DNA of 64,000 nt from assembly GCA_012295275.1 (NCBI GenBank), contig CM022679.1, positions 12,834,001-12,898,000 of the forward strand, read 5' to 3'. Numbering within the stretch: position 1 is the first letter of the stretch; the number at the start of each line of letters is the position of its first letter. The notes beneath the pieces were generated by a model, which was not told the origin of the DNA, did no database searches, and saw nothing but the letters and a program-made list of their open reading frames with translations. The position numbers were made by a program, and so were the translations under genes. Shown here in pieces: positions 28,545 to 40,104 of the stretch. Origin of the DNA: Chrysomallon squamiferum. Its lineage: Eukaryota; Animalia; Mollusca.

Positions 28545-29256
28545 TATTTCTTAATTTACATAAACATATAAATACATGACCCATTTTATTTATTTATAAT
28601 TAGAAGAATTACTTCTTGCTGTTTAAATTATTACTGTATTAGTGTTACAGTGTTAGTATTATCTAATTCAGAAAGTTATAAATGATTCACATGTGTATAT
28701 TATATATATATTTATTATTTAAACATTTTGTCAAAGCTGTAACAAACAAAGTAGAAACGACAAAATAACAAAATTCACTGCATCTGATTAGATACTATCA
28801 TCAGTGTCACGGTTCAATGAAAGTGCCTGCACTTTGATAGCAACGTTTAAGTCCCTCTTGGCTCTTTACTGATAAACAGTTACAGGGCAATCCCCACATC
28901 TCGAAGAACATTTACGCCTGTACTTCATTAAATACATCGGATATCAAATCACCAACACTTACTTTAAATCAGAATTGCAGATTTATACAAGATTTGTTAT
29001 GTTTTGTTTTTAAGATCGTCAATTTATTTTCCTAAACTAAGTGCTTGTTTTTTCGTGGTTTGTTGTGTAACTTTTAGACATAAACAAAAGAAAGCACAAG
29101 CTTCCATTAAAGAAAATAAGTATTATTTATAAATAGTATTTTTTATATAATCTGTCAAAAGCAGAAATACTTACCAACATATGAAAGCTGCAGTACTATA
29201 ATCACAGTTCCAAATAGCTTGTAAATTTTGTAACCCCACATTCTCTTGTCCGCCAT
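8805..29256 (-). CDS. BMPR1: BMP type I receptor serine/threonine kinase (ALK3/6, Thickveins class), 11 coding exons, 519 aa
   Basis: Manual join (minus): 29175-29256, 27423-27598, 19509-19629, 18364-18472, 17793-17931, 17177-17369, 11594-11785, 11235-11340, 10490-10665, 9767-9897, 8805-8939 = 1560 nt, phases consistent, no internal stop. Signal peptide, 10-Cys ectodomain ending [11 protein letters not shown] helix, GS box [40 protein letters not shown]45 loop IKGTGSWTQ (diagnostic of BMPR1A/B/Tkv), [31 protein letters not shown]. Confidence 0.96.
9767..9897 (-). CDS. BMPR1: BMPR1 exon 10
   Basis: [43 protein letters not shown]. Confidence 0.95.
10490..10665 (-). CDS. BMPR1: BMPR1 exon 9 (activation segment)
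   Basis: [26 protein letters not shown]...[18 protein letters not shown]. Confidence 0.96.
11235..11340 (-). CDS. BMPR1: BMPR1 exon 8 (catalytic loop)
   Basis: [35 protein letters not shown]. Confidence 0.96.
11594..11785 (-). CDS. BMPR1: BMPR1 exon 7 (L45 loop)
   Basis: [32 protein letters not shown]...[10 protein letters not shown]. Confidence 0.96.
15440..16360. repeat. Degenerate tandem repeat, ~170-190 bp unit, about 4-5 copies, BMPR1 intron 6
   Basis: Recurrent AATTTTCCAG(C/T)TTA..GG(G/A)(A/G)CAAGT and (T/G)TCTGTTAAGAGTATTT blocks near 15590, 15760, 15945 and 16100. Confidence 0.75.
17177..17369 (-). CDS. BMPR1: BMPR1 exon 6 (kinase N-lobe)
   Basis: [64 protein letters not shown]. 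Confidence 0.96.
17793..17931 (-). CDS. BMPR1: BMPR1 exon 5 (juxtamembrane and GS box)
   Basis: YRKREMERE...[18 protein letters not shown]. Confidence 0.95.
18364..18472 (-). CDS. BMPR1: BMPR1 exon 4 (transmembrane helix), ends at a GC donor
   Basis: [36 protein letters not shown]; donor AG|GCAAGT. Confidence 0.9.
19509..19629 (-). CDS. BMPR1: BMPR1 exon 3 (cysteine box)
   Basis: [40 protein letters not shown]. Confidence 0.93.
21605..21775 (-). mobile_element. Degenerate SINE-like remnant
   Basis: CACTTCATGGCTA..CAGCAAGAGATCTTTT..CCCACAGACAAG resembles, from recollection only and not searched, the body of an abundant gastropod tRNA-derived SINE. Confidence 0.4.
27423..27598 (-). CDS. BMPR1: BMPR1 exon 2 (ectodomain)
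   Basis: [31 protein letters not shown]...[15 protein letters not shown]; AG/GT ends. Confidence 0.92.
29175..29256 (-). CDS. BMPR1: BMPR1 exon 1 (start codon, signal peptide)
   Basis: [27 protein letters not shown], followed by G|GTAAGT donor in phase 1 matching exon 2. Confidence 0.85.
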
Positions 29257-29295
29257 CTTTTTGTGAAAAGATTGACCCCAAGGTTCGTGACGTCA
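29250..29295. promoter_or_regulatory. BMPR1 promoter-proximal motifs: full CRE palindrome and YY1-like site over the start codon
   Basis: TGACGTCA at 29288-29295; CCGCCATCTT (AAGATGGCGG on minus) at 29250-29259; local CpG-retaining patch. Confidence 0.5.
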
Positions 29296-29601
29296 GAGCG
29301 GATCCGGTGAGTGTTAACACGCCTGCGGTAATCAATCTCTGTCTCTTATTCTGTGCAGTTCTTCGATCTTTGTTCAGGCCGGGGGACAAAACTTAGAGAC
29401 ACAAGAAAAACGAGAATGAAAAAGCAGACAAAGAAGAGCAAAAAAAAAAAAAAAAAAAAGAAAAAAAAAACAACATCAAAATAAAAAATAGTGTAAGAAA
29501 GAAAATGGACTGTGTTTTATTGAGCTTATAACTGTTTCTTTTAATATAACTTGAAATAGTGAAATTTTAAGGCATTTTTTACGTATTAATTATTATTATT
29601 G

Positions 29602-29633
<32 letters not shown>

Positions 29634-29665
29634 GGTGGTGGTGGTGGTTGTGTTGTTGTTGCTGG

Positions 29666-29725
<60 letters not shown>

Positions 29726-30059
29726 TTACTGTTGAATATCAGTTCTATAATTAGAAGCAGCTAGATATACTGTGTAATGCAAAACAGGTTTCCGAATTGC
29801 ATATCCTTTATTTCAACTCTTAAACCATTTATTAATATTATTGTTCCAGTTGTTCTGTCTCCAACTTTTATTTATTTATTTTTACGGCGGTGTATAACTT
29901 ATTCTGGTAGATATCACATATGAAAATAAATATTAAAATTTGGCTATAATTATATAAGTGTAACTGTATTGCATAATTTAATTTATTGACCAGCTTTGTT
30001 ACATTTGTTTCACCCTCTCTAAAGTATTTAACGTATTTTCTTTTCCGTGTGTTATAAAA

Positions 30060-30062
<3 letters not shown>

Positions 30063-30145
<83 letters not shown>
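30063..30145. repeat. (CT)n microsatellite
   Basis: Perfect dinucleotide run. Confidence 0.95.
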
Positions 30146-30147
<2 letters not shown>

Positions 30148-30672
30148 GCTATAAATAGTTCAAATTTATTACCATAAATCTGAATATAATGAAATGAACA
30201 CATACATACGCTAACAACAGAGAAAAAAAGAAAAAGCCGATAGGACATCCTTCAAACAAAAGCAAACAAAAACAAATATTCTACATAACCTGAGTCGTCT
30301 TTAACTAAGTTGCTCTCGGTGCATTTCACGAGGAACCGGTCTGCACAGTTCATTTGCACTTATTAAGAAACATCCACAGTGGTTTTATTTCTCTGCGCTA
30401 GACCGTGGGAGTTATTCACTTTAATAACTTGCACTGTCAATTATCTGTGATTACAAAATGTTTTGAGTCATTGTTAAGTTATTCTTCTCTTCGTGTTGCA
30501 GAATGTAAGTTTTTCAGTAAGTTGATTAGAGCTTTTGACTATCATACTGTACTGATAAATTTATTAACTGTCTTATGTGCATTGATTGCGCAAAACTCTA
30601 TTATTTTTTTATCAGTAGCCTGATAAATGTTATGAACAGAAAATGTTTTTTGTGTGTGTGTGTCAGAGATAG

Positions 30673-30761
<89 letters not shown>

Positions 30762-31322
30762 GTGATGCAAAAGGAGAAGAAAAGAAGAGATTCATAAAAT
30801 ACAACATTCACGAAACAAATATCCTTTCTATTCCAGTAAGTCTATAGCAGTGGAGTTCACTTTTTTGTTTGTTTGTTTGTTAACGAGAAATATTCAAAAT
30901 ATTATCCATTTTTATTCTGTATTGGAACATCTCACTACATTTCCAAGATGTTTTCGAACAAAAACAATATTTTCTCTTTCTTTCTACATATAGATTATTA
31001 AATATGTTGTAACTGCGGTAATTTTCCTAACATGTTATTAACAAAAGTAAAAAATGTGTTTATTACGTCACTCGTTGATGTTGAGAGACGTCACGTCATT
31101 GTCTTTACAAAACAATGGAATAATCATGTGATTTTTTCATCCGAATAGAACTTAAAGGTAAGATATATTGAACCTGCCCTAGGTGAAAATATGAAGTAAC
31201 AAATCAATATAAACATCAACACGAACATTTCTAAAACGTTATATATTCATTTTATTTCTTTCCCATCTTTAATGTATTTCTGAAAAGTCAGATACAAACC
31301 GATTACTATTATTACCTATTAC

Positions 31323-31367
<45 letters not shown>

Positions 31368-32034
31368 ATGCATTAATTAAATTAAATCTATAACATTACG
31401 AATATGATTTATCTTTTTGACTACACTTTAATTTGTCCTTCCTATTGTTAACTCTCCTTATCATATGATAAATTTACAGGAGGTTTTATTTAGAAGAATA
31501 TTCATTTTTATATTGTAATAAATACTTTACAAAATATCATACTTAAAACTTTTCATCGTTTGAAAAAAAAAAAAACCAGATTAACGAAATCACTTATTGA
31601 CGTATAGATAAGAATATGACGTAATGCTAATGTCTTTGAAACACAATAATATTTTTCTGTTTCGCTTTTCTGTTTGTATTCTTCGTGTAATTCCCCAAAA
31701 TTGTCATTTATTTTAATCTTCAGAAAACCTATTTAACCACTTTAACTCTTTGACGTATTAATGGTGAATGTGACGTAACGTTATTGTCTTTGCAAAACAC
31801 TGCAAATGGCATCCAGACATGTCGTCATCAGTATCATTACAGGAAAAGCTTTTATGTGCATTTTGCCATGCATCTGACAATCAAATGAAATCTAATACAT
31901 CGATATGAAAAATCTTCATAAAATTATATGAATGATTCTTCTCAGATAAATGATTCTGATAGTTAATATCGCTTCTTCTGTATAGCCCATACATCTCTGG
32001 TTAATCGTTGTTTCGTTTTATCAGTATTTTATTT

Positions 32035-32068
<34 letters not shown>

Positions 32069-32693
32069 TCCTCGGGTTTATGCGATACCTCAAATGTAAA
32101 CTGATTTTTGGAATATTTATTCAGCGATAATGTAATGTATAAATTTGAGTCAGAGTAAAAATAATAATAACAAAAAGATTATTACTAAAATTAACTGATT
32201 AATTTATTTATTTTATTTTATTTCATTGTATTTCAGTTTAATTTTTCCTTTTCTTTTCTTTTCTTTCTTCTTCTTCTTCTTCTTCTTCTTCTTCTTCTTC
32301 TTCTTCTTCTTCTTCTTTTATTTATTTATTTATTTATTTTAAGGTTACACGACTAAATATCTATTGGTACTATAATATATTTAAATATCTCACTGTAGGT
32401 TCTTTTTGTACCCAGACTAATCCAGATGTGTTTTTCTCTCTCATAGTTCTGTTATTTTATTTTAATAAAAACGTCATAACAACGACAACAGTAACAACAA
32501 ACGATACTAACAAGAGAGGAAGCATTGTGATATATGTTTATTCTTCTAAATAAAAATCTACTGTCCTGAAAAGTGAAATAAAAATAATACAGTTATACAT
32601 AAAACATGAGAATAATGTTTGCAAAACATTTTCCTTCGATTAAAAATACTCTGTTAGCATGCAACATGTGTACTCATTTATTAATTAAGATAC

Positions 32694-32697
<4 letters not shown>

Positions 32698-32781
<84 letters not shown>
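32698..32781. repeat. (ATT)n microsatellite
   Basis: Perfect trinucleotide run. Confidence 0.95.
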
Positions 32782-32782
<1 letters not shown>

Positions 32783-34093
32783 TTAGGCTCTGAGTTCGAA
32801 GCTCGTCGGAGGACAAATAAGAGTAGGATGTACATTTTGAACAGATTTGAATTCACCTAGGAACTGACGTATTTTAAAGGTAATTACAACAGTAATAATT
32901 ATATGGACTATTAATTGACAAAAAACCCAACCCCCCAAAAAAAAACCCCAAAAACAACACTAAAGTTTAAAGTTCTGGTATATATGGACTATAATAATAC
33001 AAATAATAAAAAAAAATAAGACAATTAATTAAGTGGCCATAAGATAATCAAAGTATTCGTTTTTCAACTGCTATTAAAATTAATTGTAAAAAATAACACC
33101 ACAAGAATGTTTTTCTCCAAATGTATACGTTACATTTAAACTGAGATTATTATTATTTAATGTCTAATAACAGAATCCTTTAAATTCGGAGATTAAATAA
33201 TTACACAGCTTGATTTTATTTCAATTAATTTATCATGTTTTGTGTTTTAATTATTTTATTACTAATGATTAAGCAAATTAAAAAATAAAATAAAAATAAA
33301 GTCACATTAGCCATATAAAGTATCTGTTTTATAGTTTAATTTGAAAAGTAACCATAGAATTTAATTTGCATGTTAAATAAGTATAGGTAAATTATATACA
33401 AAATTAAATTTATGTAAATTAGAATGTCGTTTTCTGAAAGTCATCTAAGTGCTGTATAAAGATCATTGACTTCTACATCGTCTCCTTAGTTAGCACCAGT
33501 CCTGAAATTAAAATATATACAACAGGTAAATAAGCAGCATGTTAAAGTATGAAAACATACATATATATATATGTGGGTATAGGGTGTAAGAAAAATAATT
33601 TCTTTGATAATAAAGAGGAGGACATATTTCGAATGTTGATAATTAACAATCCTCGCCTTTGAATTCATAATATAATGATTTATTATTATTAATTATACAC
33701 TAAAGATGGTGACGACGACGACGATGATGATAACGATGGTGAGGACACTGACAACAGTGATACATTGATTGTTCAGATAGTTATGGCGAATTTATTTCAA
33801 TAATGCTAATATTGCAACAACAACAATAACAACAATGATGATGATGATGACGATGCTGCTGCTGATGATACGAATATTGCACTGATACTAATGCCTGTTA
33901 TGATGGAAGAAGATAAAATTATGATATAAAGATGCAGTGATCGTAATGAACCATTTAAAGATGATGAAGACGATATTGACATAATATTAAGATTTACATA
34001 TATATATGTGTGTTTATGTGTATGTATGTATATGTGTGTGTATGGGTGTGTGTATGTTTGTATATATATATAAGACTACTTACATTTTGCAAG

Positions 34094-34269
34094 TTAGTAC
34101 TGTTTACAACGGCGGGTGTAGTCGTAACGACAAGATCCTTTGTCAAAGATGTACCCCTTGTCGCACTGTCTGTACAGCGGTTGATGATCTTTACAGATGT
34201 AGTAGCCGTAGCAGTTGTCAGCTGGGTATGTGTAGCCGTTCCTGTTTCCGTTGCACATAGCCTTCGGCG
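34094..34269 (-). CDS. ChtBD2 domain exon 26 with stop codon
   Basis: [58 protein letters not shown]. Confidence 0.88.
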
Positions 34270-34373
34270 CTGTTGTTGCAAGAGACAATGAACGATGCGA
34301 CATGAATATAGACCAACATTATTAAGTGATAATATCATTTTTTGATCAAATACTAGCTGTAGATGTCTGTCAT

Positions 34374-34415
<42 letters not shown>

Positions 34416-34902
34416 ATTTTGTATTGTTTTATTTACGTTTGTTTATTTTTTTATTGATTTATTGTTTAGATATAAGATGTGTCACACTGTTTGTACCTCA
34501 CACTGTGTGTCTGTCACAGATATAATTATACACTCACCCACATACATTAGATTTGTAGATAAACAAAATGACAACAGAGAGACAAGGAAACATATATTAT
34601 AAGACGCACATGTACTGAAATTCCTTTCTTGCATGAAAGACACTCAAATCACAAACATCCAAACCCAGTCTGATGCAGACTATTTTAATCACTGATACAC
34701 ATCAGACGCGTAATATACATACCTGTCTGTTTACAGTGGTCATCTCTGACACATGTCTGAGCGACGTAGTTGTAGCTTTGACCAGAAGGACAGGTTCTGG
34801 GTACAGAGATCCAGTTTATACACACGTAATACCTGTAGCACGGCTCTCCCAGAGTGTAACCAGCATTCTCTCCCATGTACAAACACGGGTCTAACAGTAA
34901 TA

Positions 34903-34990
<88 letters not shown>

Positions 34991-35553
34991 TGATGATGAT
35001 AATAATAATAATAATAATAATAATAAAATATTATAAATAATAATAATAATAATAATAATAATTTAATAATAATGATGATCATGATCAATAATAACAACAA
35101 CAACAACAACAATAATAATAATAACAATATAATATTATGATTTTTAATTCAATTTAATAATAATAATCTCTGATGATGATGATGATGATAATTTTACTAT
35201 TATTATACTCCAGATATCAATAATGATAATCGTAACAGTAATAACAAAATAACTGACATTAATACCACTGCTGTTTTCCTATTACTATTAATATTGATTA
35301 ACAGTAATAACATGACATTAATATAACTACTAATGATACTTCTATACTAACTACTATAGACATAACTCATTCATATTTTAATACTAAAACAATGGCATTA
35401 TCAATAACTACTATCATATTACTGTTACTACTACTATAACTACTACCGTATTACCTTTATTGCTATAATATCACTGTTATGGCTAATGATGGAAGAAAAT
35501 ATTTTTATTGCTGTTAATTATTACAGTTATTTCAAAACAACAACAACAACAAC

Positions 35554-35615
<62 letters not shown>

Positions 35616-35911
35616 GAAGAAGAAGAAGAAGAAGAAGAAGAAAAAGAAAAAGAAGAAAACATAAAGATGACATTAGCATTTATCATAAACGAATTGAAAT
35701 TATATTTTACCGTGTATTGGTGGTCTCCTCCTGTTCTTGCAGTACTGATCGGGAAGACAGCCGTAGTAACCACGGTAACTGTAACCATGTTTACATTTTG
35801 AATACACAGACGTCCCATTAGAACAGACGTAGTACTCGTCACAGAAGCCACCCTTGCTGTACGTGGAACCGTCTGACTTGTACTTGCAGTAGTCAACAGC
35901 TGAATAGAACA

Positions 35912-35957
<46 letters not shown>

Positions 35958-36981
35958 TGATGAATGATGATAATAATAATAATAATACAACGACGACGAT
36001 GATGATGATGACGATTATGATGATGATAATATTACAACAACAGTGACAACAAGAATTAATGAGCATGAAGAAAACAATAATATTATTAATAACAACCATC
36101 ACCATCAAACAACATTAAAAATAAAAAAGAAGAAGAAGAAAATAAGAAGAAATACAGGAAGTGAAGAATAAGAAGTAAAGTCATCATCACAATCATCCAA
36201 ATTAACAGCATTACATCATCCTCTTGTTATACTAAGAAATAGGTATCATGTTATATATCAGTACAAAAATCTAGAAAGGCTGGCACCGAAAACGTATAAT
36301 TTCCTTGATTTATAATTTTGTAAATTTCTTCTTCTTCTTCTTCTTCTTCTTCTTCTTCTTCTTCTTCTTCTTCTTCTGCTTCTTCTTCTTATTATTATTA
36401 TTTAACCAAACAAATCTTTCTTTTTAACTACATAACGAAATATAGAACATCTTTTATGTTAAATATACTCTAACCATGGGCCATCCACAATCCCTGGACA
36501 CGATCCTGTCAGTTCTCTGCTCATCATTAGGACTTTATTTCTCCTTAACGTCATCAGTGACGATAAAATAAAACTGGTGTAAAACTCACCTCTGTTAGAC
36601 GGCTGCTGGGAGTAACATTTAATGTCTCTGGAGCAAGACCACCCATCAAAGCTGAATCCGTAAGGACAGACTTGATACAACGCTGTTCCGTTTCTACACT
36701 CGTAGTATTCGTAGCAGTAACCTTTGTACTTGAATCTGAAGCCATCATACTGGTTCTTGCAGTCATCTGGAATATGCAGTGATTTACGTTATTTTGAAAC
36801 GTAAATGAAAAACAAAGGAACAAATATTTGTGATTATATTTCGTTCTTAACATGCATGTTTAGAATATAGAGGAACCCAAAGAAACCCCCCTAACCCACT
36901 CTTATTAAAACTCAAACAAGTCAGGTGAATATTTTGAAATAATGAGTGCATCCAAATTAATTTTCAATATGTTCTTTTACA

Positions 36982-37057
<76 letters not shown>

Positions 37058-38244
37058 ATCGCGGACTAGTATCCCTCCAAAATCTAAACAAATTCTGTCA
37101 AAACTGGTATTTGTGTTTTGTATTCGGTAAATAAAACCCTTCCCATACGCCCATGTTACTATCATGAATATTTACAGAACGCGGAATCTGGAGCGTAAAA
37201 ATGACATCGCTCATCATGAACGCAGTCAGAGCCGTTGAAGCGGTAGTAGTTAGGACATCGTTCAAACACTGAACGTCCATTCTTGCAGACGATGTAGTCA
37301 CCACAGTAGCCCCCGTGCGAATACTTCTTTCCCGTGTTTCCATTCTTACAAATGTCTAGTGGAGAAATGGAGAAGACTCATTATGAACAGTTCTGTAGAT
37401 AGGTGAATTTATACATGAAAAAAGACTATTATGTCAGAAAGGTTATAATTCGCAAATGAAAATAAATGTAGACAGATTTTGGAAAAATTTAAGCTGAATA
37501 ATAACCTATGATTTTAAATTGTTTCTTGTTTAACTGTAGTGTAAAATTCATCAGTATACATTGTTATTTTCAATATTTAATTACTTAAAATTGTTATTTA
37601 ATTATTAATTCATTATTAATATAATCTCAAACAGGTAAGTATGTAAATAAAAAAAATAAAATAATAAATACATTTATAATACGTTTAAATAAATAAATAA
37701 ATAAATTTATAATAACGTTTTTATAATAATAATAATAATAACAACACGGATATATTTGAATGAATGAAATAAACAAATGAAGTATGAATTAACCAATGAA
37801 CGGTATATAATAAAACGTACAAATCAGAACTAAATTAAGATACAACTTACCTTCGCCTATGTGTTGGTGATAACAGTGCTCGTCAAAGACGCACCCCTCG
37901 CCCTGTTTGTATCCGTAACCGACGGGACACGTCATGTAATAAGCTTTACCTCTGTAGCAGCGGAAGTACTCGTAACAGTAACCACCAATAGAATACGTGT
38001 AACCATCATGCTTGCCGTAGCAGTAGTTGATGTCTGAAACAAAACATTATTTGTGTTTCATTGTAAGGCTCTATGTACTCATCTACTGGGGGAACGTTAA
38101 TTTTGACTTGTTGACTTTGGTACTCACTAACCCTCAATTGTTTTTATATGCAGTGTTAATATCTTACTATAGCTTATACAAATTTCAATATGAAGCAATA
38201 TGTAAAGTTTACTTTGTCTGGTCTTGTCTTCCATAAAGTCAACA

Positions 38245-38286
<42 letters not shown>

Positions 38287-38432
38287 AACTAATTTCAGCA
38301 GAAAATTAATGCTTGCAGAATGTAGAAATGAACCATATATTAAAAAGTAAGAATAACAGGTTTTTTAAATTATTAATATTAATTAAACAATAACAGAGAT
38401 ATCTCTCTTATTCTGGGTTTTTCAGGTATGTG

Positions 38433-38530
<98 letters not shown>

Positions 38531-39273
38531 GTATATACACACACACAGCTGAGACTTCACAAATATTTGTACTTACTGATTCGCTTTAGGAGTGCACTTC
38601 TTTCATTACGTAAATAATCTGAAAATAAAAAAATATATTTTATTTTATTTTATTTTTTTTTATTTTTTATTTTTTATTTATTGATTTTAAGTTTTTAAAA
38701 AGTTACAATATTTTGATATTCTGAGGTCTAATTATTATAGATAAAATGAAAAATAATAAAATAAATAAAAATAATAATATAAATAAATAAATAAATAAAC
38801 AAACAAACAAACAAACAAACAAATAAATAAAAGATTAAACATAAATTATATAAAACTGAAACAAAAAACATACCTGAATTCGATACGGATCTTTTCATCA
38901 GACCTACAAAATAAATTTAATTGTACAATTAGTTTAATATATATTAATCAAATCATTCATTTCTCATAAATTTTAAACGTGTGTTATTGTTTTTATATTT
39001 ATGCACAGCACAGTTATAAGTGGAACACATGTAGTTTGATCTGCCCTGTGTATAAATGATCATTTCAAAATGTGTGACACAACTGCATGTGTATATTTTA
39101 TGTATTTGTCTTGCTAACACGTATCTTTATTTGATAGTGTGTACCTCTGTGTCGTGTCTGTTAAACCACTCTCACTATTATTATCACCGATACTATTCTA
39201 CGTACCCATCACTATTTCCACTACCATCACCTGCACCATTACTACTACCCTTACTACAACTACTACTCTTTCT

Positions 39274-39304
<31 letters not shown>

Positions 39305-40073
39305 CTACTGTTACTACTACTTTTGCCATTACTGTTTCGCCTACTACTATTACTACTACTACTACTTCCAGTTCCACTATTATCCATTTTTATCACCAAC
39401 ACCATCATCACCACCACCACCACAAAAACAGTAACAACAACCACTATCACAACTACTGCTACCACTGCTGCTACTACTACTGCTACAACAATCACCTAAA
39501 CCAAATTTTATTTTACTACTATTACTACTACTACTACTACGTATACCACTACTTCCAATACTACATTTACAACTACTACAACTACAATGATAATAAGCGA
39601 CTGTGATATAAATGATCAAGTCTTACCGTGGTAGTGAATATCATAGTGAGTCAAATACTTATGGTAACATTCTGTGTCTGGCACACACTGCCCATATTTG
39701 AAGGCGCTGCCAATTGGACATCTCTGTGTGTACGATTTGCCACCGTAGCACACCTCATACTCCCAGCAGTACCCGCTTGTCTTCAGTTTCTGATAGTCCT
39801 TTTCAAACGTGCAGTGGTCTGAGGGAATAATTATAGCAGTATTAATAACGAATAAAATAATTCAGTGTCTGTCTGTCTGTCGGTTTGTCTTTTAGTCTGT
39901 CCGTTTGTCTTTATCTCCATTATCTGTCACTCTATTTCTTTCGATCTTATCTTCGGTCTGGTTTTATTGTCTGATTACTTCTTTTTTCTCATCTCTGATT
40001 CTGTCTGTCTGTCTGTCTATCTATCTGTCTACGAGATATATAATTTTCTTTTGTTCTGTGAAACTAATTTTAA

Positions 40074-40104
<31 letters not shown>

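Noticed and set aside
29171-29389. 72-aa ORF over the BMPR1 5' end
   Set aside because: It is in a different frame from the signal-peptide exon and has a non-ATG start. The ATG at 29256 gives the correct splice phase.
34891-35127. Poly-Tyr ORF resembling the coding poly-Tyr tract
   Set aside because: It is an intronic (TAT)n microsatellite upstream of the acceptor at 34891, with no exon boundaries.
39056-39619. Thr-rich mucin-like ORFs (also 41312-41626 and 45105-45708) that could be peritrophin spacers
   Set aside because: They read Thr-rich on the strand opposite the gene, lack fitting splice sites, and are decayed trinucleotide microsatellites.
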